In this document: positions 39,808-48,868 of the stretch, piece by piece
How positions within the stretch are numbered: the stretch's first letter is position 1
Layout of the letters: every line of letters begins with the position of its first letter
Origin: Alphaproteobacteria bacterium
GTDB taxonomy: Bacteria > Pseudomonadota > Alphaproteobacteria > CAAHEQ01 > UBA3637
Assembly (NCBI GenBank): GCA_045598925.1
Contig: JAZRVC010000027.1
Location: forward strand, 847 to 64,846
Direction of reading: 5' to 3'
DNA: 64,000 nt
Translations under genes and position numbers: made by a program
The notes under the pieces: generated by a model
What the model was told of the DNA's origin: nothing
Seen by the model: the letters and a program-made list of their open reading frames with translations, nothing else
Databases searched by the model: none

Positions 39808-39845
39808 AAAAAAATCTCCCCGTTTTAAGGGGAGATTTATATTGA
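39808..39845. terminator. Bidirectional rho-independent terminator
   Basis: Hairpin atctcccc-gtttta-aggggagat (39814..39837) flanked by A/T runs. It lies between mutY(+) and the 39846(-) gene. Confidence 0.6.
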
Positions 39846-41603
39846 TTATGAAATTGTACAAGCATGTGTTGTAGAATCCCAATTTTTGCCACCCAACTTT
39901 TTACATTCTTCCGACGAATTTGTCGTTGGGAATTCAGTTCTGGTTGCGGTTGAAGGCAGGAACAAAGTATTTCCTGAATCATCTTTAAAGTTATCTTTAT
40001 CAAACACACAGTAGGTTTGAACGACCGCTTTTGCCGAAGAATCAGGAGTACATGATCCACCGTTATTCTTACCCAAAGTGACAGACCATAAACCAGTGCT
40101 ATTATGTGCGACGGTATCCATTGAGTGAGCCGAACCTGCAATCTGCACACAAAGTCCCGTATCATTTTTAACGGAAACATTTGGATATGAGAAAGTTGTT
40201 CCTGAAACTTTTAATTGAGGAATCGTTATCTCATTATTAGTGTTAGCATCATCTAGATCAATCTCTTTTGACTCTGTTTTTACTCGATCATCTGATAAAT
40301 CATTATCATTTAATGTCAAAGCAGGAATATCAACAGTTAATTCTCGTTTATCCCAAGTGGTTGGTAAAACCACCAAGGCTTTTTTATAACCTGTCGGGCA
40401 ATCTGGTTTTTCAACCGCCCCCCCCCCTGATGCAATTTCCTTCTGCGTTTTTAAAATATAGTTCGGTAAAATTTCAGACAGGCTGGCCCCACCCCGAGAT
40501 GTCAATTTAACATCATTCAGAATTGAGGTATAGGCCGGATCCAAAAGATAACGTCTTTCTTGACCATTATCTTGAGCATCTGGACCGCTGTCTGCAAAGA
40601 AAATAGCCCCTTCTTTAGTTAAACGAATAGCGGCAGGTGAATTGGCCGGGTCATCTTGATCATAGCCCACATTCAAATCATTGCGCGTATAAACCGAACC
40701 ATTTTCATCGGCTTCCACCCAGAAAGTCGGCAAACAAGTGGGAGGCACATGCACCTCATCAGGATTCACAATAGAAACACCATTTGAATCAACCTCTGCG
40801 GTATTGTGATTAATGTATGACTCAGAATAACATCCCGTGGCATTCCCCACAGAAAAGTGGCCATAAGCATTTAATTTACGAACCTGTAAATCCAAATCTT
40901 TCGACAATGTCACTTTGGCTTGTTGTTTTTCATATTCGGGGGTAAAGACATCAAATCCCGTTGTGGCCGCATAAACCGCCCCGTGATAGTCGGCATCTTC
41001 CATACCGTCTATTTTATCCAAATGCCATGTTCCCAAAGAACCCGCTATTTCATCGTTGGTCGGTTCCCCATAAACGCCACCGTCTGCCCCAATCAATAGG
41101 GCAACGCGTGCCGCCCGCTTAAAGTTCCAACCTGTGGCGGGAATAGTTGCTGTTGTCGGGAAAACGACTCCGTAAATTTTAACCGCGGCCGTATCGTCAT
41201 TTTGACGATAAATCCATAAAGAAGGATTGTAATATTCGCCCAATCCCCCATCTGAAAACCACCCGTCCGGTAAATATTCGGAAATATTATCAGATAAACC
41301 ACCGATAGCACATTGATTCACATTATTGCAAGGATCACTTGGCGTACCAGTAGAACAAACAGGGGGAATTTGCTCCGCACACGTTGTTTGAATTTCGGCA
41401 GAATGGGCCTGAATATAGGCCGCGAAAGCCTCCTTAACTGTCCGAATTTCTGATGCCATTTGAATATTGTGTAATTCTTGGTTTCTTTGATAGATTTGAC
41501 GAAACAGCATTGCCCCCATCACGCCCATCAATGCCAACACAGCAATGACTTCCAACATAATAGAACCTTGTTGTGTCTTTCTTTTTTCAACTGTTAAAAC
41601 CAT
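39846..41603 (-). CDS. Very large type-IV-prepilin-like (pseudopilin-like) protein
   Basis: 585 aa. The N-terminus MVLTVEKRKTQQG|SIMLEVIAVLALMGVMGAM has a basic N-region, Gly at -1, Glu at +5 and a hydrophobic helix, i.e. a class III signal. The large C-terminal domain contains paired Cys and has no assigned family. Confidence 0.6.
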   Translation of the reverse strand: MVLTVEKRKTQQGSIMLEVIAVLALMGVMGAMLFRQIYQRNQELHNIQMASEIRTVKEAFAAYIQAHSAEIQTTCAEQIPPVCSTGTPSDPCNNVNQCAIGGLSDNISEYLPDGWFSDGGLGEYYNPSLWIYRQNDDTAAVKIYGVVFPTTATIPATGWNFKRAARVALLIGADGGVYGEPTNDEIAGSLGTWHLDKIDGMEDADYHGAVYAATTGFDVFTPEYEKQQAKVTLSKDLDLQVRKLNAYGHFSVGNATGCYSESYINHNTAEVDSNGVSIVNPDEVHVPPTCLPTFWVEADENGSVYTRNDLNVGYDQDDPANSPAAIRLTKEGAIFFADSGPDAQDNGQERRYLLDPAYTSILNDVKLTSRGGASLSEILPNYILKTQKEIASGGGAVEKPDCPTGYKKALVVLPTTWDKRELTVDIPALTLNDNDLSDDRVKTESKEIDLDDANTNNEITIPQLKVSGTTFSYPNVSVKNDTGLCVQIAGSAHSMDTVAHNSTGLWSVTLGKNNGGSCTPDSSAKAVVQTYCVFDKDNFKDDSGNTLFLPSTATRTEFPTTNSSEECKKLGGKNWDSTTHACTIS

Positions 41604-41627
41604 CTGTCTGCTTCCTTTCTTTATTTT

Positions 41628-43205
41628 TTAAGATACATCTTCAGAATTTACCCCTTTATAGTATATGGGAAAACGCCCTCTATCTTCTTTATACATATCG
41701 TGAATTTCATCCTGTGTCAAGGCTCGGTCAAAAAAGCGCACACCATAGATCTGAGTGCGTTGTTCTGGCGTCGCGGTTCCCAAGTGTTTTATTTCCATTT
41801 TATTTGTCCCCAAAGTAAATGAATTAAGATTAGCCAGTTCATCAGGATATTCGTTCAAATCTATACTCATTTCAGGTTCTTTTAAATCATCCGTAAAAAG
41901 ATAGATGTGATTGCCTTGACGTTGCAAAGTCAGTGAATGGATTAAACGTCTTTTGATATCAAAATCCAAAACAGGAATTTTCCCCGAAGCCCCATTACCC
42001 AATACATTTAATTCCAATACGGTAGGCTTGGTCAAATCGGCCTCATCTGCATTGGATGTATCTATGGGACGCGCTGTCAAGGTTAAAAACCCGCCTGTTC
42101 CACTTTCAAAACGGATTAAATCCACAGCAGGATTTATATCATGAACAGCACCGACACTGGAAGCCGTTTGCGGGTCAAATCCCACCAATAAGGTCAAGGT
42201 AAAATCATGGGTTAAAACACCCGAATTGATATCAAAATCGACGGCTGTATTTGGTCCTTCTAATGTAATGGCGGGACGTTTAACACTATCCGGTCCAAAA
42301 TAGGCCCCATTTAAATCACTAAAGACTTTGGTAGATGTATCATACTTCCCCGCTACAGTCGTGGAGACCAAATCCAACCACTTACCGGTTGTACCTTCTA
42401 AACGGGATTTAGACGAACTATTCGGGGCGTGTTTGGCTTGGTTATCCAAGCCATCCCAAAAATGCACCAAATTGGCAGGATAATAGGCAAAGGGGCCTTG
42501 TTTAACCTTGGACATACAAAGAAACATATCTGATGTCGGTCCCGAAGGAAACAACACTGCAACCAACCCCGCGGGAATCGGCTTAGCACAGACACCATTT
42601 TTAATGGCCCTGACACCATTATCTAAACAAAAGTTCCCCGTGCTGGTCGGGTCATCAAAAATTGTTCCACAGGTTTGAGAACCTGATGTGCGGGTAGCAA
42701 AGGAACGGCGCCAACGTTCATTACGACGGGCGCGAGAAGTACTTTCTTGTGGCCACCAAGCGGGACGTTCATATTCGTTTTTTGCCGCATCATAATACAG
42801 CCCACCATAGGTCACCACATAGATATTGTCCGAATCTTTACAGGCCTGAGCGGCTGTACCGGCCGTATTTAAACAAGCGATACGCGACACAAAGCAAGGG
42901 GCATCATCTGCCGCCAAAGGATCCAAAGCAGCATTATTATAACACATTTCCGAACCCAAATGGATATCCATATATTCCAAAAATTCGGGTTGAAGATTAA
43001 AAACAGTCCTGTCATCTGCGGGGTCGGGTTTTTGTATCCCGTACCAACGACGCAAATAATCTTTTGCGGCTTGATGTTGGCTTAAAAAAGATTGGATAAA
43101 GGGTTCACCCTGAAAGACCTCTATATTCAAGCGGTCTTCACGTGGGGAAAGCGTGTAAAACAAAATCCCCGCCAAGAATGTCAAAACAGCCATTAAATAG
43201 AGCAT
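41628..43205 (-). CDS. Membrane-anchored protein with a C-terminal LamG/concanavalin-A-like lectin-fold domain
   Basis: 525 aa. A single N-terminal TM (MLYLMAVLTFLAGILFYTL) is present, with a strong RBS (AGGGGGA) and an in-frame TAA immediately upstream. The C-terminus ...HIYLFTDD...SFTLGT...YGVRFFDRALTQDEIHDMY matches the Laminin_G_3 pattern. It sits directly upstream of the prepilin-like gene. Confidence 0.55.
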   Translation of the reverse strand: MLYLMAVLTFLAGILFYTLSPREDRLNIEVFQGEPFIQSFLSQHQAAKDYLRRWYGIQKPDPADDRTVFNLQPEFLEYMDIHLGSEMCYNNAALDPLAADDAPCFVSRIACLNTAGTAAQACKDSDNIYVVTYGGLYYDAAKNEYERPAWWPQESTSRARRNERWRRSFATRTSGSQTCGTIFDDPTSTGNFCLDNGVRAIKNGVCAKPIPAGLVAVLFPSGPTSDMFLCMSKVKQGPFAYYPANLVHFWDGLDNQAKHAPNSSSKSRLEGTTGKWLDLVSTTVAGKYDTSTKVFSDLNGAYFGPDSVKRPAITLEGPNTAVDFDINSGVLTHDFTLTLLVGFDPQTASSVGAVHDINPAVDLIRFESGTGGFLTLTARPIDTSNADEADLTKPTVLELNVLGNGASGKIPVLDFDIKRRLIHSLTLQRQGNHIYLFTDDLKEPEMSIDLNEYPDELANLNSFTLGTNKMEIKHLGTATPEQRTQIYGVRFFDRALTQDEIHDMYKEDRGRFPIYYKGVNSEDVS

Positions 43206-43263
43206 TTAATCCCCCTTTAAACTCACTTTAATCTCTTTTTTTTAAAATGGCAAGACTTTTTTA

Positions 43264-43737
43264 TCACGAACGCAAAGTTTTCCCTACTTTATCCAAAATC
43301 GCATTGACTATTTTAATTTGGGGCCCTTCATAAAAAGAACGAGCGATATCCGTATATTCATTGATAATAATGGGCGTATCCAGCGCGGGACTGACAAAAA
43401 ATTCCGCAATTCCTGTCATTAAAATCGCCCGCAAAGTCGTATCTACTTTATCCCGTTGAATCTTATCAGAAAAGGCATCTTCCACCATCTGATTCAAGGT
43501 CTTTTCATTTTCACGCACATATTGAACCAAATGGGTAAAAAGCGTTTCGTCCATTGGGGCCAAAGGAACATACTTTTCGTGTCCCGCTTCTTCTTGAATT
43601 GTCTCAGATCCCAATTCTTGAAGAAGGAATTGGCTCATCACCTTTTCCCAACTTTCCGTGCCACAAGTTTTCGCATACAAGGCTTGGACAGCCGCCAAAC
43701 GCGCATTTGAAAAGGGTTGTTTTGAATTGTTCGTCAT
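43264..43737 (-). CDS. nusB: Transcription antitermination factor NusB
   Basis: 157-aa NusB fold sequence (...RLAAVQALYA...). Confidence 0.85.
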   Translation of the reverse strand: MTNNSKQPFSNARLAAVQALYAKTCGTESWEKVMSQFLLQELGSETIQEEAGHEKYVPLAPMDETLFTHLVQYVRENEKTLNQMVEDAFSDKIQRDKVDTTLRAILMTGIAEFFVSPALDTPIIINEYTDIARSFYEGPQIKIVNAILDKVGKTLRS

Positions 43738-44198
43738 TATTTTTTCCTTTTTCCTGTTAAATTTTTCACAAAATCTTCAAAATCGCTGGTCGTGGTAAAG
43801 TTTTTATAAACCGAAGCATAACGAATATAGGCAACCTTATCCAAAGCCAACAAGGCCTGCATCACATGGCGACCGATTTCTGAGGAAGGAATTTCCGTAT
43901 CGCCCGATTGTTCCAAAGAACTGACAATCCGATTGATCAGTAAATCAACCTTTTCCAAATCTATATCACGCTTACGGATAGCCAAAATAATAGAACGGGC
44001 CAATTTATCCCGATTGAAAGGCATCCTGGTTCCGTTCTTTTTAATCACAATCAAATCACGCAGTTGAACGGTTTCGGTCGTGGTGAATCGCGCATGGCAC
44101 TTAGGGCATTCCCGCCGCCGCCGAATCATAGTATTATCTTCGTTTGGCCGAGAATCTTTGACTTGGGTATCTAAAAATCCGCAAAAAGGACACTTCAT
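43737..44198 (-). CDS. nrdR: Transcriptional repressor NrdR
   Basis: MKCPFCG...ECPKCHARFTT zinc ribbon plus an ATP-cone domain. Its stop overlaps the nusB start. Confidence 0.9.
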   Translation of the reverse strand: MKCPFCGFLDTQVKDSRPNEDNTMIRRRRECPKCHARFTTTETVQLRDLIVIKKNGTRMPFNRDKLARSIILAIRKRDIDLEKVDLLINRIVSSLEQSGDTEIPSSEIGRHVMQALLALDKVAYIRYASVYKNFTTTSDFEDFVKNLTGKRKK

Positions 44199-44650
44199 AC
44201 TTTTTCCCCCATCTTTGATAATTTACAAACACGGTGTTTGTGTCGCCCCCCTTCAAAAGAGGTCTTTAAGAAAATCTCCAAACACTTTTTGGCCCGCCGC
44301 ACCGAGATATATTTTGCCCCGAAAATCAACACATTTGCATCATTATGTCCGCGACACATGGCCGCCATATCTTCATTTAAAACCAACGCCCCACGGATAA
44401 AAGGATAGCGATTGGCCGCGATACTCATCCCGATACCGGAAGTACAAATCAGCACGCCGCGGGCTGTTTTTTCTTTTTGCATCGCTTGAATCAATTCTAA
44501 TGCTTTATCAGGATAATCAACAGGCGTTTTTTCATCTTTCGGCCCAAAATCTTGAACGGTATAGCCCTGCTTTTTCAAAAACACGACCAGCGCATTTTTT
44601 AATTGAGCCCCCCCATGATCCGCTGCCAAAAATATCTTTTTCCCTTGCAT
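44195..44650 (-). CDS. rpiB: Ribose-5-phosphate isomerase B
   Basis: MQGKKIFLAADHGGAQLKNALVVFLKKQGYTVQDFG... Start at 44650 with RBS GGAAGG. The track start 44785 is unsupported. Confidence 0.85.
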   Translation of the reverse strand: MQGKKIFLAADHGGAQLKNALVVFLKKQGYTVQDFGPKDEKTPVDYPDKALELIQAMQKEKTARGVLICTSGIGMSIAANRYPFIRGALVLNEDMAAMCRGHNDANVLIFGAKYISVRRAKKCLEIFLKTSFEGGRHKHRVCKLSKMGEKV

Positions 44651-44691
44651 TTTAAATTCCTTCCTGATATATTTTGTATTGTAGGCAAAAA

Positions 44692-45111
44692 ATGGATAAA
44701 TTACAAGAAAAAACTTTTTTAGGAATTGATTATGGCCAAAAACGAATCGGTTTAGCCATTGGCTCGGCCAGTGATAAAATCGCAAATAAATTTAAAATCA
44801 TTCACAATATCAACGAGTTAAACGATATAGTTCCATCAAAACAAATAGACGCTTTTGTCATTGGTTGGCCTTTACAACCCGATGGGACAGAAGGCGCCAC
44901 CTGCGATATGGTTCGTTCTTTTTGCGGGGCTTTACAAAAAAAATTTAGGCTTCCTATTTACTATGTGGATGAAAGACTCACCAGTCAAAAAGCCGAAAAC
45001 TATTTACGGGATACCCTGTGTATGCGTCCCGAAAACAGAAAAAAAGTGTTGGATGCCGAAAGTGCTCGGCTGATTTTACAACTGTTTTTTAATCAGGGTC
45101 CCCTGCTATGA
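44692..45111 (+). CDS. ruvX: Putative pre-16S rRNA nuclease / Holliday-junction resolvase-like YqgF (RuvX)
   Basis: MDKLQEKTFLGIDYGQKRIGLAIG... RNase H-like fold. Start chosen at MDKL. Confidence 0.8.
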   Translation: MDKLQEKTFLGIDYGQKRIGLAIGSASDKIANKFKIIHNINELNDIVPSKQIDAFVIGWPLQPDGTEGATCDMVRSFCGALQKKFRLPIYYVDERLTSQKAENYLRDTLCMRPENRKKVLDAESARLILQLFFNQGPLL

Positions 45112-46409
45112 AAAAGTTGATTTTGCTTTGGGGACTTTTTTGCCTATATGTTTGTCCTTCTTATGCCTTAAATGTCATTCGTGATACAGAGATAGAAGAA
45201 ATCTTAACCGGTTATGTCCAACAAATTTTTAAAGCCGCAAAGTTGCCCAAAGAAAATGCGGAAGTCATCCTCATCAATGATAACTCTATCAACGCTTTTG
45301 TGGCGGGCGGTCAGACCATTTTTGTGCATACAGGTCTGATTACACACGCCAAAAACATTGATGATATTATGTTCGTTTTATCCCACGAAACAGGGCATAT
45401 TACCGGGGGACATATCACCCGCGGCATCACTGCCTATCAAAAAGCACAAAAAACAGCACTTGTTTCCACGATTTTGGGGGGAATTTTGGCCGTTGTCAGC
45501 GGACGCCCCGATGCCGGTATTGCCGTGATGATGGGCAGTCAAACCAGCGCCATGGGCACCTTTACAGGCTATCGTCAAGTAGAAGAAAGTTCTGCCGACA
45601 GAACCGCGGTAGATATTATGAAAAAGTTAAATTATTCTATGCAAGGATTCACCCATATCATGAATCAGATTCAAGCAGAAGAAAGGCTCAATACCAATGA
45701 AAAATCTTTGAATTACTTACGCACGCATCCCCTCACCTCAGACAGAAAACAAAATATCCAACGCTTTATTCAAGGGGCGGCCTTACCCAAGGAAGATAAA
45801 AAATTCAACCGCATTAAAGCCAAGTTGGTGGCCTTTACCATAGACCCTGTGCAAGCCAAAGGCATCTATAAAAATTCGGGTTTAAACGATCTGTATGCGC
45901 AGGCGATTATTGATTATCGCGAACACCAATTAGAAAAGGCTTTATCCAAGTTAGATACCCTTTTAGAATACGAACCCCACAACCCTTATTTATATGAATT
46001 AAAAGGTCAATTTGAATTTGAAAGCGGGCAATTAGATTCAGCCATTCAAGACTATACCACCGCTGTTCACATCAATCCGGCGCCTTTGATTCAAATTTCT
46101 TTGGCACAAGCATTCGTGGAACGGGGAACGAAACAAGATGCGCAACGAGCTTTAGACCTGCTGAATCAAGCCGTTTTAAAAGAAGGACAGACGGCTCTGC
46201 CTTGGCGATTGATGGCCTCAGCGTATGATAAATTAGGGCAAAACGACATGGCGCAATATGCAATGGCTGAATATTATTTAGCCAACAATCAAACAGAGCA
46301 AGCCCGCAAAGTCGCCCAAAAAGTCATTAAAAATATGGATAAAAAGTTGCCCCAATATCAAAAACTAAAAGATATTGCAGAAAGAGCAAAAAAAGAAAAA
46401 GAGGATTAA
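45108..46409 (+). CDS. M48-family metalloprotease with TPR repeats (BepA-like)
   Basis: Signal peptide, HETGHITGGH (HExxH) and C-terminal TPR-like helices. Confidence 0.8.
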   Translation: MKKLILLWGLFCLYVCPSYALNVIRDTEIEEILTGYVQQIFKAAKLPKENAEVILINDNSINAFVAGGQTIFVHTGLITHAKNIDDIMFVLSHETGHITGGHITRGITAYQKAQKTALVSTILGGILAVVSGRPDAGIAVMMGSQTSAMGTFTGYRQVEESSADRTAVDIMKKLNYSMQGFTHIMNQIQAEERLNTNEKSLNYLRTHPLTSDRKQNIQRFIQGAALPKEDKKFNRIKAKLVAFTIDPVQAKGIYKNSGLNDLYAQAIIDYREHQLEKALSKLDTLLEYEPHNPYLYELKGQFEFESGQLDSAIQDYTTAVHINPAPLIQISLAQAFVERGTKQDAQRALDLLNQAVLKEGQTALPWRLMASAYDKLGQNDMAQYAMAEYYLANNQTEQARKVAQKVIKNMDKKLPQYQKLKDIAERAKKEKED

Positions 46410-46744
46410 TTCTTTTTCGTTAAGTTTTTATGATAACAATGGATATCCCCACGTGCCACAGCAATCACAGCGTCATAGCAATCATTCAGACACACTTTAT
46501 TGCGCCTTTCAAAACCGCATTTTTCACATTTGTGAACAATATATTCTTTGCCGTTTTTACGTTCAATCGCCACAGGCATCATCAACCCGTGACAATCAGA
46601 AGCCCTGTCCCCGGGATTGATATCTAGGTGTTTAGACACCAAACATTCGGGACAATGATTTGTATAACCATTTCCGGTCACTTCTGTACCGCAAAAATCG
46701 CAGGTAAAGTTTTCTATTTTTCGGGTAAATTGTGCATTTGTCAT
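46406..46744 (-). CDS. RNHCP-domain-like zinc-ribbon protein
   Basis: 112 aa. CDFCG...TNHCPECL...HKCEKCGF. Confidence 0.55.
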   Translation of the reverse strand: MTNAQFTRKIENFTCDFCGTEVTGNGYTNHCPECLVSKHLDINPGDRASDCHGLMMPVAIERKNGKEYIVHKCEKCGFERRNKVCLNDCYDAVIAVARGDIHCYHKNLTKKN

Positions 46745-46840
46745 GACCCTATTATATCACACTTCTTGATTTTGGCAAGTATTTATTGACAAAAAGGGTA
46801 TTATCGCTTAAAATAAAGGGCATATTTAAAAGGATAAAAA

Positions 46841-48079
46841 ATGATAAAAAAGCCCGAACTTCTTTTACCCGCCGGCACATTGGAAAGATTAAAGACCGCT
46901 TTTATGTATGGGGCGGACGCTGTCTATGCAGGCGTGCCGACTGTCAGTTTGCGCAATAAGACCTCTATCACAATTGACGAGATGAAAACGGGGATTGAAT
47001 ATGCGCATCATTTGGGCAAAAAAGTCTATCTGACCATCAACCTTTTTACCCACAATGCCGATATTCCAAAATTGCAAGAGTTTGTGGCGACATTGAATAC
47101 ATTAAATCCGGACGGGGTGATTATTGCCGACCCCGGGGTGTTTGATTATGTAAAAGAACATTGTCCCCAAATTCCGCGCCACATTTCAACACAGGCCAAC
47201 GTATGTTCTGCCTTGACCGTCAATTATTGGAAAAAACAAGGGGCCAGTTTGGTGGTATTGGGGCGTGAAACTCCGCTTAAAGAAATTAAAGAAATCCGCA
47301 ACCAATGCCCCGATATTCGCTTGGAAATGTTTGTGCATGGGGCTTTATGTATCAGTTATTCGGGGCGGTGTCTGCTGTCCAACTTTTTAACAGGACGCAG
47401 TGCCAACAAAGGCAATTGCGCCCACACCTGTCGATGGAAATACAAAGTCTATTTGGAAGAAGAAAATCGCCCAAATGAATTGATGGAAATCAGTGAAGAT
47501 AGCCATGGCACCTATATTATGAATTCAAAAGATTTATGTTTGTTGGATAGGCTGGATGATATTCTGCCCATTGGCATTGATTCTTTTAAAATTGAAGGAC
47601 GCAATAAGTCGGAATACTATGTGGCCGTGGCTGCCCGTGCCTATCGCGCCGCCATTGATGCTTGGTTTGAAAACCCAAAAAAATGGAAGGCGGATGAGTT
47701 TAAACAAGAACTACTCACTTTACAATGTCGGGGCTATACCACGGGCTTTTTGGATGGTAATGCGGGGCCCGAAGCCCATAACTATACAGTGTCGGGGTCC
47801 AGCGGTCTTTGGCGCTATGCGGGACAGGTATTGGAACAAACGGGCAATCGTCTGACTTTGCTCGTCAAAGACAAAATCACAATCGGAACCAAGTTGGATA
47901 TCCTGTTGCCAAATCAATGGGCGCCTTATTCTTTTGTGGTAAAAGAAATGTATCATCCCCACACAGACACGTTCGTGGAACAAATTTCCCCAGGGAAAGT
48001 GGATCAAAAAATTGATGTGGTCTTACCCCAAGAAATTCCGGTTCCCCCTCTTTCAGTCATCAGAACAAAAATCGGATAG
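46841..48079 (+). CDS. Peptidase U32 family protein
   Basis: MIKKPELLLPAGTLERLKTAFMYGADAVYAG... and a conserved Cys cluster (CISYSGRC). 412 aa. Confidence 0.85.
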   Translation: MIKKPELLLPAGTLERLKTAFMYGADAVYAGVPTVSLRNKTSITIDEMKTGIEYAHHLGKKVYLTINLFTHNADIPKLQEFVATLNTLNPDGVIIADPGVFDYVKEHCPQIPRHISTQANVCSALTVNYWKKQGASLVVLGRETPLKEIKEIRNQCPDIRLEMFVHGALCISYSGRCLLSNFLTGRSANKGNCAHTCRWKYKVYLEEENRPNELMEISEDSHGTYIMNSKDLCLLDRLDDILPIGIDSFKIEGRNKSEYYVAVAARAYRAAIDAWFENPKKWKADEFKQELLTLQCRGYTTGFLDGNAGPEAHNYTVSGSSGLWRYAGQVLEQTGNRLTLLVKDKITIGTKLDILLPNQWAPYSFVVKEMYHPHTDTFVEQISPGKVDQKIDVVLPQEIPVPPLSVIRTKIG

Positions 48080-48082
48080 AAA

Positions 48083-48868
48083 ATGAAAAAAGTATTCAAC
48101 GGATTTTTATATCTTCTTTTATTGTTTGTTATTTATTTAACGACCCTGTTTTGTATTCAAGACCAACTGATTTTTCATCCCGATACACATTATAAAAATT
48201 CTGAAGTTTTTTCGGAACAATTCATTAAAGTATCCGATAATCAAGAAATTATGCTCTGGTTAAAAACGGGACGTCCAAAAAAACCTCTTTTATTATTCTT
48301 GCATGGAAACACGGGGCAAAATCATATGTTCGTTAAATATATGTTGCCTTTTATTAAAGAAGGCTATCCTGTCGCTTTAATGGAATACCGTGGGTTTGGT
48401 TCAACAAAAGGCCACATACAACAAGACCGATTTTATCAAGATGCTCAAGAAATTTATGATTGGTTGCAACATCAAGGATACGCCCAAATCATCCCCTATG
48501 GTTATTCATTTGGGACAACCGTTGCCACTTGTTTAGCCTCCACACGTGATGTTTATGGCGTCATACTGACGGCCCCGTTTTCATCCCTGAAGGCATTGGT
48601 CAAAGAAAAGCCTGTGCCTTTTGCTTCGTGGATTTTAAAGGCCCCGTATGCGTCAGATGTGTGTGCAAAAAAGGTCAAAGCCCCTGTTTTAATCATCCAC
48701 GGGATAGAGGATCCTTTGATTCCCTTTCATCATGCACAAGATTTATATAAGGCCTTTTCATCCACACAAAAAGAATTGATTTTATTAGAAAACGAAACAC
48801 ACCGTTCCGTCTTTTTTGACAGCAAAAATATACCTTTGATTTTAAAGTGGCTGAATCAATTAAAATAA
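48083..48868 (+). CDS. Alpha/beta-fold hydrolase
   Basis: An N-terminal TM is followed by the nucleophile elbow GYSFG and His/Asp later in the sequence. Confidence 0.7.
   Translation: MKKVFNGFLYLLLLFVIYLTTLFCIQDQLIFHPDTHYKNSEVFSEQFIKVSDNQEIMLWLKTGRPKKPLLLFLHGNTGQNHMFVKYMLPFIKEGYPVALMEYRGFGSTKGHIQQDRFYQDAQEIYDWLQHQGYAQIIPYGYSFGTTVATCLASTRDVYGVILTAPFSSLKALVKEKPVPFASWILKAPYASDVCAKKVKAPVLIIHGIEDPLIPFHHAQDLYKAFSSTQKELILLENETHRSVFFDSKNIPLILKWLNQLK

Noticed and set aside
39782-40180. 132-aa minus-strand ORF overlapping the end of the prepilin-like gene and the terminator
   Set aside because: Alternate frame of 39846..41603. It runs through the bidirectional terminator hairpin.
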